38,343 bases of DNA from Hydrurus foetidus (Eukaryota), in NCBI GenBank assembly GCA_900617105.1, contig UYFQ01000486.1, forward strand, positions 1 through 38,343, given 5' to 3'. This document shows positions 10,241 through 20,918 of this stretch, in pieces. Every line of letters begins with the position of its first letter. The first letter of the stretch is position 1. Position numbers and translations under genes: made by a program. Below the pieces are notes generated by a model. The model was not told where the DNA came from. It saw only the letters and a program-made list of their open reading frames with translations, and made no database searches.

Positions 10241-13200
10241 CCAACACGTATTTACGGAAGTATGCCTTTTACCTTGTGCACGGATATTGCCCAGGCGAGC
10301 ATTAAAGGGATTTGGGTGCGACTCGCCACAATTCTTTGGAGAGGGAAGGGAAGGAAGTAAAGGGGATAGAGGGAATAAGAATGGAGGCAGATTCGGGGAT
10401 AGGTGGGCACAATTAAGTAAGAGAGGCATGGGGAAGAGAAGGGGAGAGGCAGAGAAAGAGAGGGAAGGAGATGGTGGGGGGAGAACGAGACAAAGAGGGA
10501 GAGCGGTCAGCGGATCAGTAACAGTCAATGAGGGGCGCCAGAAAGGGGAGGGCGAGGAAAAGAAAGAGGGAGAGCAACAAGTGTACCTTTCCCCTAGTCT
10601 TATATCCCATACTTCTTCTTTGAGACTCATTTCTAGACCCACTCGTTGCTCCCCCACCGCCACGGAGAATTGCACTACCGGCACCACCGGGTACATGTCA
10701 GACCTGCCTTCCGATTTCTCCAACCTAAAGGGTCAGAAGTGGTGAATGATAATAGTGGTGGAGGAGATATCAGGGAAGAGGGAGAAGGAAGACACCATTC
10801 AGTTAGTGAAGAGGACCAGAGAAACTTCTTCTTATCTCATCTCGTATTCTTCTCTGCTTCCTTTTCATCTCATCCCATATTCTTCATTTATATCTCATCT
10901 CATCTCATCCTAGCTCATCTTTTCTCTTTTCTCTCATCTGATCTCATCTCATCCTATTTTCTTGTCTTCTCCCTCATCTTATCTCTCATCTCTCCCCTCC
11001 ACCCACCTGATGATGACACCTCTTGCCCCATTGACCAGACCGTCAGCAGTGCTCAGATTCTTCAAAAGCATTACCTTTCAATTGATTTAATAAATGGAAG
11101 ACAGGTAAGTGCTATCAAGGATAGGAGTGTCCAGTGCAGCAGTTCTGGTGAAGTCTGAAGAGTTGTTCTTCGATGTAACGATATCTGATATAGTGTTATA
11201 TAATGTAGTATGTAGTGTGATATGATATGGTGCGGCTTGTTGTCAGTTGATTTGATATGATATGATGTCTCACGATACGGTATGACATTAAATTTGATAT
11301 AATTCGATACATCATGATGCGATGCGATGCAACATGATAACACATGTTGCAGTGCAGAGCAGTGTGGTATCATGTAACGTTATCTACGAGTTATTCACCT
11401 GTGCGCCCACTCTCAGCTCGAGCTCTTTAGGCGCCTTGAGTCCTTGTGTCAGTTGTCTGAGGTACTGCTCGATGCCCTCATCCCTGGCGGTGAAGGTGAA
11501 CGAAGCTTCTTCTGACAGACGACACAGCTCAGAGGCGTTGTACGAGTCAACATCCCTGGTTGAGAAGAAGTGACGCACGAGAGATGAGATAAGAAGAGAA
11601 TATGAAGGGGGGCTAGGTGAGACTAGATGTGATGGGTTGTGGCATGATGGGATACGATGGGATGCGGTCCAATCACATTAGATGAAGGTGAATGCAATCT
11701 ACTTATAAAATGTGTCACCATAAAAGACGAGAGAGGCCTACTCAAAACGCAAGATCGACACAGCGCAGTACAACACTACACTACATGGAGTTACGCAGTA
11801 CACCCAGAATAGCTCAATGAAATGCAACACGACACAACACAACACAACACAATACAATACAATACGATACAATACAGGATATCACAACACAACACAACGG
11901 TGATGCCTCATCAGCAGCAGAGAATAGATGATGATATGAGATGAAGGACCTGTTTGTCGCATATAGTTTGGTGGGCCGCACAGCCACCTCGTCATCCTTA
12001 TCTCTTCCTTGTCCCTGTCCCTGTCTCGACGCCATAGTAGAGGCAGAGACAGAGGTGGAGAGAGAGCTGCTTTTCTGAAACCCGCTGCTCTTCTTCTCAG
12101 CATTCTTACTCCTGTTATCCTGCACTTTCTTGGACAGAGTTTGGTTGGTGGTGGAAGATACGATTCCTCTCCTCAATTCGTTCAGCAACCGTAAGAAGCT
12201 GCTGTCCTTCTGACGGAACACTTTGTCCAGCACGATCATACCGCCCTTGCCTTCTTAAGCAACAGAAAGGGAATAGTTAATAGGAAGTAGGGGGATAAAG
12301 GAAGAGATACGCCTAGTGTAGTGGAGCCGTCAGCCAGATAAGGCACAAGGTACAGAGGGGAGGACATTGCATGCAAGCAGCACAGTGGAATGCAGTACAG
12401 TGTAGTGCAGTGCACGTTGCTTCGATTTATTCTCTCACAGGACAGTAAAGTACAATCATGAGTGCTGCATCCTTCCTTCCCTTTTGCCCCTTTCGTCTCA
12501 TCAAATCGTCTCTGTAATGCACTCATGACTAATCGCTGGCTCCCTCTCTCCGCCCCTCCTTTTTTCCATTCAATCTGATCATTTCTAATCCACTAACAAC
12601 TCGCTTATTCACTAACTAACTCACTCACTCGCTCACTCACTTACTCACGCACTCACTAACTAATTAACTAACTGACCGACTCACTTACCCAAGAGAGATT
12701 GCCACACAGCGGAGTCGAAGCAAAAATGGTTCTTGTTGCCCAGACCCACAGGCGGTAGTTGGAAAAAATCCCCACACAGAATTATCTGCATGCCCCCAAA
12801 GGGACGGGGGTCGTTGCGCACACGGGAACCTGTGGTGGGAAAGGGTGACGGGTGAAGGGAAAGGGTTAGGGGTGAGAGGGAAGGGTGAGAGATGAAGGGT
12901 GATCGGTGAAGGGGAAGTGAAAGGGGTGAAAGGTAAGGTACGATATGATACAGGATACCGTAACATAACACAACATCATGCATCTTGACTTTACATCGGA
13001 TGCTATGATATTCCATAACGTGACATTGCATGAGGTTTAATAGTATGGCATTGCACGACATAGAGATACAGTATGTGGCATGACATGCTCGCTGAGCTAT
13101 TTGCTGCTTTTATAGTGTAGTCATGACTTAAATTGAATTATTTTTGTCCCAAAAAAAGTATTGCAACCACACCACACCCATCTGAACTACTTAGCAGCAT

Positions 13201-15224
13201 CTACCAAACTCTCATTCTCCTCTCATCCACTCTCATTCTCCTCTCGTCCACTCTCATTCTCCTCTCATCCACTCTCATTCTCCTCTCATCCACTCTCATT
13301 CTCCTCCCATCCACTCTCATTCTCCTCTCATCCACTCTCATTCTCCTCCCATCCACTCTCATTCTCCTCTCATCCACTCTCATTCTCCTCTCGCCCCGTG
13401 CCCCATCTCACCCTTCTATTTACTTCACCACACTCTGTAATACAGGAATGCACCTCGCATTGTTCTGTTCTGTTCTGTTCTGTTCTGTTCTGTTCTGTTC
13501 TGTTCTGTTCTGTTCTGTTCTGTTCTGTTCCATTCTGTTCCGTTCTCACCTATGAAAGACAGTATGTCAAACATCTCCGCAGATAACATGGAGATCTCGT
13601 CAATCACGAGTATCTCTGTCTTGCACCATCGCGACTTCACCTCCTTGCGCTTCATAACATCCGAGCAAATCTTGTCTCTTGGGTCGGTGCCTGTCGGTGA
13701 TAATTTGATTTTAAGATGTAAGATAGGAAGAATGGAGCGGAATACGGCACAGAATAACAGAGAGTAGCAACATATAACACAGCATTATTCAAAATAACAC
13801 ACCACACCACACCGCGACACGACACAATTTGGTGCAGAGTAATAGGACATAACACATTGCAGGACATCTAAGCAAAGCAAAACATAATGTAGCACAGCTT
13901 TTCACGAAATCATACCACTCGGAGTAGAATAACACAGCTCGACATGACACAGAGCAACACAACTCGTCAGGAAGCTGTACAACACGATGCAACATGGCAC
14001 AGTATAGCAGCGTTTTGTCAATAAAAAGAAAAGATACTTTCACAATTCACCACAAGAGGGCATTCTGCACTACACTGCACTGCATAGTGCTACGTGTAAA
14101 CACGGAAAAATCTCCAAACCTATCCACTGTGAAGTGACGTTTGAGCATACAGTGGCATTCAACACCACCACCACTGCACATGAGATCTGACCATCTCGTT
14201 CTAAACTGAAATCAACGATCAAAAGTCGCTGCACTGCGGAGTATATCTCACCATCACCACTACGTAATACGATACAGCACATTGCGAGATGAATATACGT
14301 TCTGATGTTTCAAAGTAATCTCCCCTACCTCTCCCGATTCCGGACCAAGAATGAATCGTCAGCCCTCTGACGTTACAGGCTGCAACACCGGTGGGGGCGG
14401 TGAAGGCTATTTTGTCAGAGAGTCCGAGATTCTCCATTATGTCTTGCAGCACGCGCAGCACATAACTCTTGCCCGTCCCTTCGAGGAGCGGTGAGAAAAA
14501 AAGCAAAGAAAAGCAAGAGTAGACGTATCATTTGGGGTTATTGTCATAAAGGGGTGAGTCGTACTTGTCTGATTAATTTGAGTTTGCGTGATTTGCAGGA
14601 GAAATAGTGTTTGCAGTAGAGAGAGAGAGAGAGCGATGCGACACCTGCAGCACCAGTGAAGAAAACTGATCTTCTAGCCAAAATGGCTTCGATGACTCTC
14701 ATTTGGGTGTCAGATAGTGATATCTTTTCGCTATCAGAGATATTCTGTACGTCCACATCGTCTTTCCGAGAACGCTTTTTAACTTCGTTGTTTATTTGAT
14801 AATGAGAGGGATGTCAGGGGCTGAATATGAAGAGTTACTGATGCATAAATGACTCTTCTATTCATAATTCGATTCCACTACCTGCTGGTGCCACAAACTG
14901 CACTCCGCCGATAGATTTCATAGATTTTTGCATTCCATACGCTGTTTGTTTCGGCTGCGCTATTCCTGAGGGCCTATCAGTTGCTGTTTCTGACATCATT
15001 GAAATATCTCTGACAGCCCCTATAGATCGCGGCAACACCCTCTTCCTGATATTTCCCTGATTCTTTGGTGGAGGTAATTTTGACTCTGTTGGAGACTGGT
15101 AATGTTGTCTCTCGTTGTTATGATCGTCCCACTCGGAGCGGAGTGTTTGGTGGCTCTCCACCTTCGGCGAAAAAAACACTGACAGATTCTGCTGCCGAGA
15201 TAAGTCTTCCCTTTGTTTAGACAT
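6624..15224 (-). CDS. PIF1: PIF1-family 5'-3' DNA helicase (~932 aa, 19 exons)
   Basis: Phase-consistent GT-AG exons: 15224-14882, 14782-14645, 14478-14329, 13690-13550, 12829-12689, 12250-11950, 11555-11399, 11074-11007, 10724-10587, 10333-10273, 9843-9713, 9303-9251, 8939-8850, 8750-8634, 8439-8125, 7866-7561, 7326-7284, 6985-6938, 6681-6624. Motifs: GAAGTGKS, APTGVAA, TIHSWSG, IDEISM, FGGMQIILCGDFFQLPPV, VFRQ, GAQVMLLKN, GLVNGARG, QIPLMLAWAISVHKSQGMT, GQGYVALSR. The first exon and the low-complexity C-terminal exons are less certain. Confidence 0.93.
9856..10122. repeat. Intronic (GAGT)n/(GAGAGAAT) microsatellite
   Basis: Long GAGTGAGT array in a PIF1 intron; (GACA)n follows at ~10207-10240. 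Confidence 0.9.
13207..13392. repeat. 21-bp tandem minisatellite (CCACTCTCATTCTCCTCTCAT, ~9 copies)
   Basis: Directly visible; gives the spurious LILLSST/RMRVDER repeat ORFs. Confidence 0.9.
13461..13545. repeat. (TGTTC)n pentanucleotide microsatellite
   Basis: Directly visible, next to the exon 4 donor of PIF1. Confidence 0.9.
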
Positions 15225-16122
15225 GGTCGCTGAAGATTGCGCTAGTGTCAGAAGGCTGCACACGAGCTATCACAGGATGCACATGTTATCTCATCGCAGA
15301 TTACGGAGTCTCCCAAAGGTGGAAGCAGTGACTAAGCTAATGGAACGTGCGGGCTCTGAGTAGTACGTGAAATTAAAAAAAATTATTTGAAAAAATATTC
15401 AAAAAATTTCAAATTTATTCGGAATTCAAAATGCTTTTTATCCCTTAAAAGGTCAATTTACTATACAACCCAGTAAACCGTAAGCAGCACAAGGTGTTAT
15501 TCTATGGTCATCCCCCATCGATTATTTTCAGTCCGCCGAAGCTGTCTTTCACGTGGGACTCGTTTTGATGTTTCGCTTTCATAGTCGCCGTTCATCCAAC
15601 ATGCTAGCAGAATATACTGCGAAACGCACAGTACGATTCATCGAAGAAAAAGAAGAAGAGCTGGAAAATCAGAACGCTGACGTATCTAGAATTGACAACG
15701 CATGTTGCTTTCATAAAGAGCAAGTTCAAGAATCGCTTAGGATAAACTAGACTACTTACGCTACGGCATGGTAGGGTATTATGCTTCACAGAGCATACGG
15801 CACTTAACACAACATAACATAACATTATGTAACAACGAATATTTCCCATATTCGGTCATGGAATTAATTCCAAATATTTTCTCTTGTGCGTGACTCTTAC
15901 ATGCAACGCTACGGCGAGTGTTACGAGTCGAGTGGCGTAACCGGAATAACATGCATTATCATAAAATCGGAAAACAGCTTACGTTGTAATTTTTACTTCC
16001 ATTCCATTCCATTCTATCCTATCCTAAACTGTTTTAGTATACAACTACGTACTTAATCCTTAATTTTTGTACTAAACTGCACTTCCAAGTCTACTGACTG
16101 CATCGGAGAGTGCTGTGTTGGT

Positions 16123-18309
16123 TCATAGAAGTCCCGTTCCTTTCAGATGATCGTATTCAAGGGGATACTTCACGTTGATGTACATGCCGTGGTATTTTAG
16201 GAGTTCGGTCACACTCCATCGCTGCAGCGCAGAGTCACTCGAATCTGCAACCAACAGGCTCATCGCTTGCATTCTAATGGCCTTCATTTTTTTGATGTTC
16301 AAGTGCCAGTAGGCGTGTGCTCTTTCCATGTTGCTGACTTTGTCGAAGTCGTACTTCAAGAGGTAGGTCTTCTGCTCTTCTGCACTCTCTCTTTCCATGA
16401 TCAGATCCGCCATGCTGAGGGTGTTTACGGCATCGTACATGCTCATGTGGTAGTGCCGGTCTACTAATCCTCCGAAGTCGTGTCCATTCGGCACGTATAT
16501 GGCCCCTGTCTGCAGGGGGAAAGAGGAGTTGTCATAGGGACCCACCCAGAGGTGGTCCGACCGGGACATGACCACCGAGTCGTACTTCAAGTACAGCTTG
16601 TGTTTCAGAATATTCTGCAGCGCAAACCAGCGGTAGAAGATAATCAGACCAGCGCAGGTGCCTTGTCCGGTTCCATCTATGCAGCCCAGCCACCCACTGT
16701 CCCCCTTGTTAGTCGTGATGTTGCCAATCACGCTTGCGTAGCTCCTGTCGAAGGTATGGTTGAAGCACTGAGTGGCAATCTCGTTGAAGAAGAGCCCGTA
16801 GTTGCCGTCTGCTGGAGGATTCAGTTCCCACAGATATTTTGCTTTGCTTCTGTATGCGTCATGTGTTGCGAATTCCTGTGACTCCACGGCAAGAGCAAGG
16901 TCAGCATCAAGGCGCTTCAGAACATTCCCAAGGAAACTATCAAAGGTGATATGACCCGCTCGAGTAGACGACTGGATAACTACGAGGGTTTTCTTAGGAG
17001 GTGGAGTTTCCTTCATCTCTGCCATTATTTCCTGCCTCTCTTTCTCGCAGAAGAAGTGGGGAATCACAGCGGAGATGTCTCCGGGAGGGCGTGCTAATAG
17101 GAGTTTGAAACCCTTTGCTTGACGGACAGGAGGCACCCAGCCCCGCATCTGCTCAGCTTCAGCTTCCTTGTCGAGACATAGAGCTTGCTGAAGCAGTGCT
17201 GTGTCGTTGCTGGATTTAGTTGCCATGTCTCGCAGTATCCATGCGTAGCTCATGCTGATACCATGGGTGACCGACACCTTAGGCGTCCAGGATAACAGTC
17301 TACGCGCCTTGTTAATGACTGCTACTTTCCCGCCATTCACATTCGTTTTCTCGAAATTGACAGTAAGCGCCTTGTTTAGACATTTCGAGGTTAAGATCTT
17401 AATGATTGAAGCCACCTCTTGAAGATTTGTCGCCACTCCCGTTCCTATCTGAACGGCACCTACGAAATTGCCTATCTGCATAGTTGCAACCAGTGCTTCA
17501 GCAACGTCATCTACAAATACATAGTCTCGGTATTGCTTTCGACTGCCCGATAAAGTGATTTGTTCCCCATTTGAGTTGATTGCTTTCTGTATTATTGCTG
17601 GAAGCGCTTGGGCGCTCTTTACGTCAGAGTATTCGGCACCCGGACCGTACACATCGTACAGCCGCAGTATACTGGAGTTCATCCCCTTCATTAGAGATAG
17701 CTCGTACTCGCCTATCAGCTTGCTCCAGCCAAAAGGTGATTCTGGATTGGCTGGGAAAATCTGATTTTCATCAACTGTTGAGGGGTCGTCGACTCTTCCG
17801 AATTCATTCACCTCCTGAGGGTAGCTGCTAGCAGTGCCAACGTACACAAACTTTGAGACATTATGATGACTCGCGGCTCTCATGACGTTGCTATTGATAA
17901 GCATGTTGACGCGAAATAATCCCACCTGATCGTGACCTACCTTATATTTTCCGGTGACAGTACCTGCGAGGTGAAACACCCAATCCACATTCGTAAAGAC
18001 GTGTCGACTTAAGTGAGCCATAGTCAGATCTGCAACGCAGATGTCGTGGTGCTCATCGATCACGAACGACCCCGTAGGACCGATGAGATTCGACCTTCTA
18101 CTGCGTGAAAAGTTATCAACAATTTTCACTGACTGGTATCCTTTAGTTTTCAGCTTTTTCACAAATGCACTTCCAATGAAACCAGCACCGCCTGTAACTA
18201 GCACCCTCGGATAAGGATTTGAAGTAGAAAAGAAAGTGCAATTCAAAGCTCGGCTCGCCATCTTCGACAGATACAGACAGAAGAATGCTGTTGAGCGAGC
18301 AATCTTCAT
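16123..18309 (-). CDS. NAD-dependent epimerase/dehydratase (extended SDR, GDP-mannose-epimerase-like) fused to a C-terminal putative glycosyltransferase-like domain; intronless
   Basis: Single long ORF with first ATG at 18309 (728 aa). Short hydrophobic leader, VLVTGGAGFIG, VFHLA, GTASSYP, PESPFGWSK, RLYDVYGP, RDYVFVDDVA. C-terminal ~300 aa contains YDSVVMSRSD and GGLVDRH. Confidence 0.85.
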   Translation of the reverse strand: MKIARSTAFFCLYLSKMASRALNCTFFSTSNPYPRVLVTGGAGFIGSAFVKKLKTKGYQSVKIVDNFSRSRRSNLIGPTGSFVIDEHHDICVADLTMAHLSRHVFTNVDWVFHLAGTVTGKYKVGHDQVGLFRVNMLINSNVMRAASHHNVSKFVYVGTASSYPQEVNEFGRVDDPSTVDENQIFPANPESPFGWSKLIGEYELSLMKGMNSSILRLYDVYGPGAEYSDVKSAQALPAIIQKAINSNGEQITLSGSRKQYRDYVFVDDVAEALVATMQIGNFVGAVQIGTGVATNLQEVASIIKILTSKCLNKALTVNFEKTNVNGGKVAVINKARRLLSWTPKVSVTHGISMSYAWILRDMATKSSNDTALLQQALCLDKEAEAEQMRGWVPPVRQAKGFKLLLARPPGDISAVIPHFFCEKERQEIMAEMKETPPPKKTLVVIQSSTRAGHITFDSFLGNVLKRLDADLALAVESQEFATHDAYRSKAKYLWELNPPADGNYGLFFNEIATQCFNHTFDRSYASVIGNITTNKGDSGWLGCIDGTGQGTCAGLIIFYRWFALQNILKHKLYLKYDSVVMSRSDHLWVGPYDNSSFPLQTGAIYVPNGHDFGGLVDRHYHMSMYDAVNTLSMADLIMERESAEEQKTYLLKYDFDKVSNMERAHAYWHLNIKKMKAIRMQAMSLLVADSSDSALQRWSVTELLKYHGMYINVKYPLEYDHLKGTGLL

Positions 18310-18444
18310 TCTGTCGAGGCGTAGAATAAAATTGCGTGGATAACTCACGGTAATTTCGCGTGCATAGCCAGTATTAGAGTAGAGTCATTTGAGAGGATCT
18401 TTGTACGTGGGATGTGAAGCTGTAGGACAATTCATGGCGACAGT

Positions 18445-18620
18445 TCAAGGCTCCTCACTTATTATTCCAGGTCCAGGTTTAATGTTTAATCTGGACCCAC
18501 CCCAATAAACGACAATTACCTGTATCGTACTGTTTTCAGTTTTCAGTACGGTTAGTTAATTGTCGTTTATAGGGGTGGGTCCAGATTAAACGTGGACCTG
18601 GAATAAATGAGGAGCTTTGA
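18445..18620. mobile_element. Small hairpin MITE-like element
   Basis: TCAAGGCTCCTCA...TTCCAGGTCCA...TCTGGACCCACCCC.ATAAACGACAATTA is mirrored by its reverse complement ending GAGGAGCTTTGA at 18620. Confidence 0.7.
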
Positions 18621-19275
18621 GTTCTGACTGGAGCAACTCTGTGTTCTCTAAAGCAGCAGTCATTCGAAACTCCAAACTCGAACTCAGCAAACTTCTTTTG
18701 AAAGTCCTCTCGAAAGAAACTATTTTTTGTTGGCACGTAAGTCGCACGTACCCAATGGTAGATCGAGATATTCTTCATATTAAAATGGAACGAAGTCATA
18801 GGGTTGCTTTCATAAGTTGAATCTGTGACCTCATTGGTATCTATGAATCAGTATAGTTATTTAACGTATTACTAGATTGACCGCTGCACGGTATGCATCA
18901 GGCATAAATGGTCTCTGTGTTCGAAGAATGTATTGTTGATCAACTTTAATAATTCTAAAAAGTAGTTTTAAAGCGTATGTAGTCTATTATAAAGATCTCT
19001 GTATCCTCGTTAATGGTTCTTCCAGAAGGGTGAAGTAAAGTAAAGTTAGGTAAAGAAGTAAAGTTAAGTAATTCAGTCTAATTCTGCGCACGACATCTAG
19101 ATAATTATTCAGTTAAATGCTGCATAATGTCTAGTATCATCGGATCGAATTGTGTCGTTCCATGTGAAGTCATCGTGCTGTTCTAAATTGAGTAAATGTT
19201 TGTAAAGGGATGGGGGTGGGGGAAGTGGAGGGGGTGTGCTCATCTCGATAGAGCTACTTGGTTTTTCTTCCTCAT

Positions 19276-20679
19276 TTAAGACTCAGCAGCTTCCTCACAT
19301 CCGAATGTGCGACACCACCAGGGAGGGGGGTTCACTGGAGACAATGTGGGAATATTTGAAGGCGCACTGATAGGGATGCAGGTGATGCTGTCGAGTGTGT
19401 ACGACTGACTGTCGCAGGGGGTGCAATACGTACTGCCAGGCAGAGGAGCGATGGAGCGGTCTCCACACGCATAGCACAAGTGCGCTTCATAGGAACTGAA
19501 GGTCCCTGGTAGGCAAGGCACACAATCATTGGGCGTCCAGTAGGTGCCTGCGAGGCAGCGCGTGCAGACCCCTCCGATATGCGCCCATCCCCTTCTGCAC
19601 TCCCCGAATTGGGTGGGAGCACCCGTAGGCATCTCCGGAGCAATGCACCGGATACCATCGGGTGAGTAGAAAGGTCTCCTGCATTCTCGGCAACTTGCTA
19701 GCCCGGGAACAGGAGCGTAGGTGCCTCTGTAGCAGGGCTCGCATTTGACTTCGGCTTCATCGGGATTTGAAGTACCTATACTACAAGGTACGCATTGGCA
19801 AGGTGTCCAGTACGTCCCTGGAGGACAAGGGATACAGTTCGCTCCGTCATGCAGATACCCCACACTGCATGTCGGTGCAGATGAAGGTGCAGCCGTTGGA
19901 ATTTGTGTCGCTGGTTTGAGTGTGGGCGAGCTCGACGGCTTGGGACTCATGGGAGCGCGAGTGGGGTAAACACAATTGATGCCATCATACGTGAGCCCTA
20001 GCCGGCCACAAGGTTTGCACTTAGTGCTGCCGGGTTTGGGGGCAACCGAGCCACCAGTACAGGGAAGGCACTTCGTTGACGCCTCCACACTGCTGTAGGT
20101 CCCAGATTTGCACGGTACGCATTGGCCACGTGTCCAGTAGGTGCCCGGAGGACAAGGAATGCAATCGCCTCCATCGAATGAATATCCCTTGGTGCATCTA
20201 GTGGAGTATGGAAATACTTCCGCAGCTGCAGTGTTGATTGCAGAAATGAGATGAATTCCTTATTCAGCTCTGGATTCGTGGAAAAATAGGAAACTTGGCG
20301 TGCTTAATGGTCTCAAACTTACATCCATATTCAGAAGAATCCGCTTCACTGTCCTTGTCCATTAGAACTGATTCATTCATTAGGAACATCAGTTATGTTG
20401 GTGTAAGGGGCCTTGCTAGTGGTGCGATTATAATCAATGTGACCGAAGATGTCTTACTTGGCTCGATGATGGAGGTACTGCCCTCATTATGTGCATTCGC
20501 GAGCGACTTCGACGCGTCATTCTCTAAAATGCTAAGGTCGGCAGAGATGATTATTTGACCTGCAACAATATAGTAAATTACTATCAACTTGAAACAACTA
20601 AAGTCGTGGCGATTGAGGACATACCTACAACTGCCGAAGTACAGTAGATCGAGATGAGGACGAAAATTAGTTTGGACAT
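19276..20679 (-). CDS. Secreted cysteine-rich repeat protein (GCC2/GCC3, ephrin-receptor-like repeats with PT/PS linkers), ~383 aa
   Basis: Exons 20679-20625, 20559-20458, 20367-20323, 20225-19276 are phase-consistent. Signal-like MSKLIFVLISIYCTSAVVG, then three modules of the type C..G....G..C.PCPPGTYW...CVPC..GT...C.PC..G..AP.PG...C..C....DGI.C. Confidence 0.8.
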
Positions 20680-20918
20680 GGAAGCTCCCAAGAGATTTCG
20701 CGTGTTTGCTTTATGACAACTGGTGACTGCTATTACAGAATTCGGATGACACTGTAGCGATTTTTTGTTTTCCTTATTCAGATGAATGAAGTAGTATAAT
20801 ATCCTAGTACCATACAGTGGGAAAGCATGTCGTCGGTTGTCGAGAGTCGAGAGTCGAGAGGCGACGAGTCAGAGAGAGGAGAGAGGGTGGGTACGACGCA
20901 TGGTACCACGGTACCACC

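Noticed and set aside
9655..13586. SLTH, LILLSST, FCSVL and similar repeat ORFs
   Set aside because: These are translations of intronic micro/minisatellites.
6624..15224. PIF1 as part of a Helitron
   Set aside because: No HUH Rep domain or Helitron termini seen; the intron-rich structure and motifs fit a cellular PIF1.
15553..15750. Small ORF divergent from PIF1
   Set aside because: Short, no recognisable motif, and the nearby putative intron does not join it to an in-frame upstream ATG.
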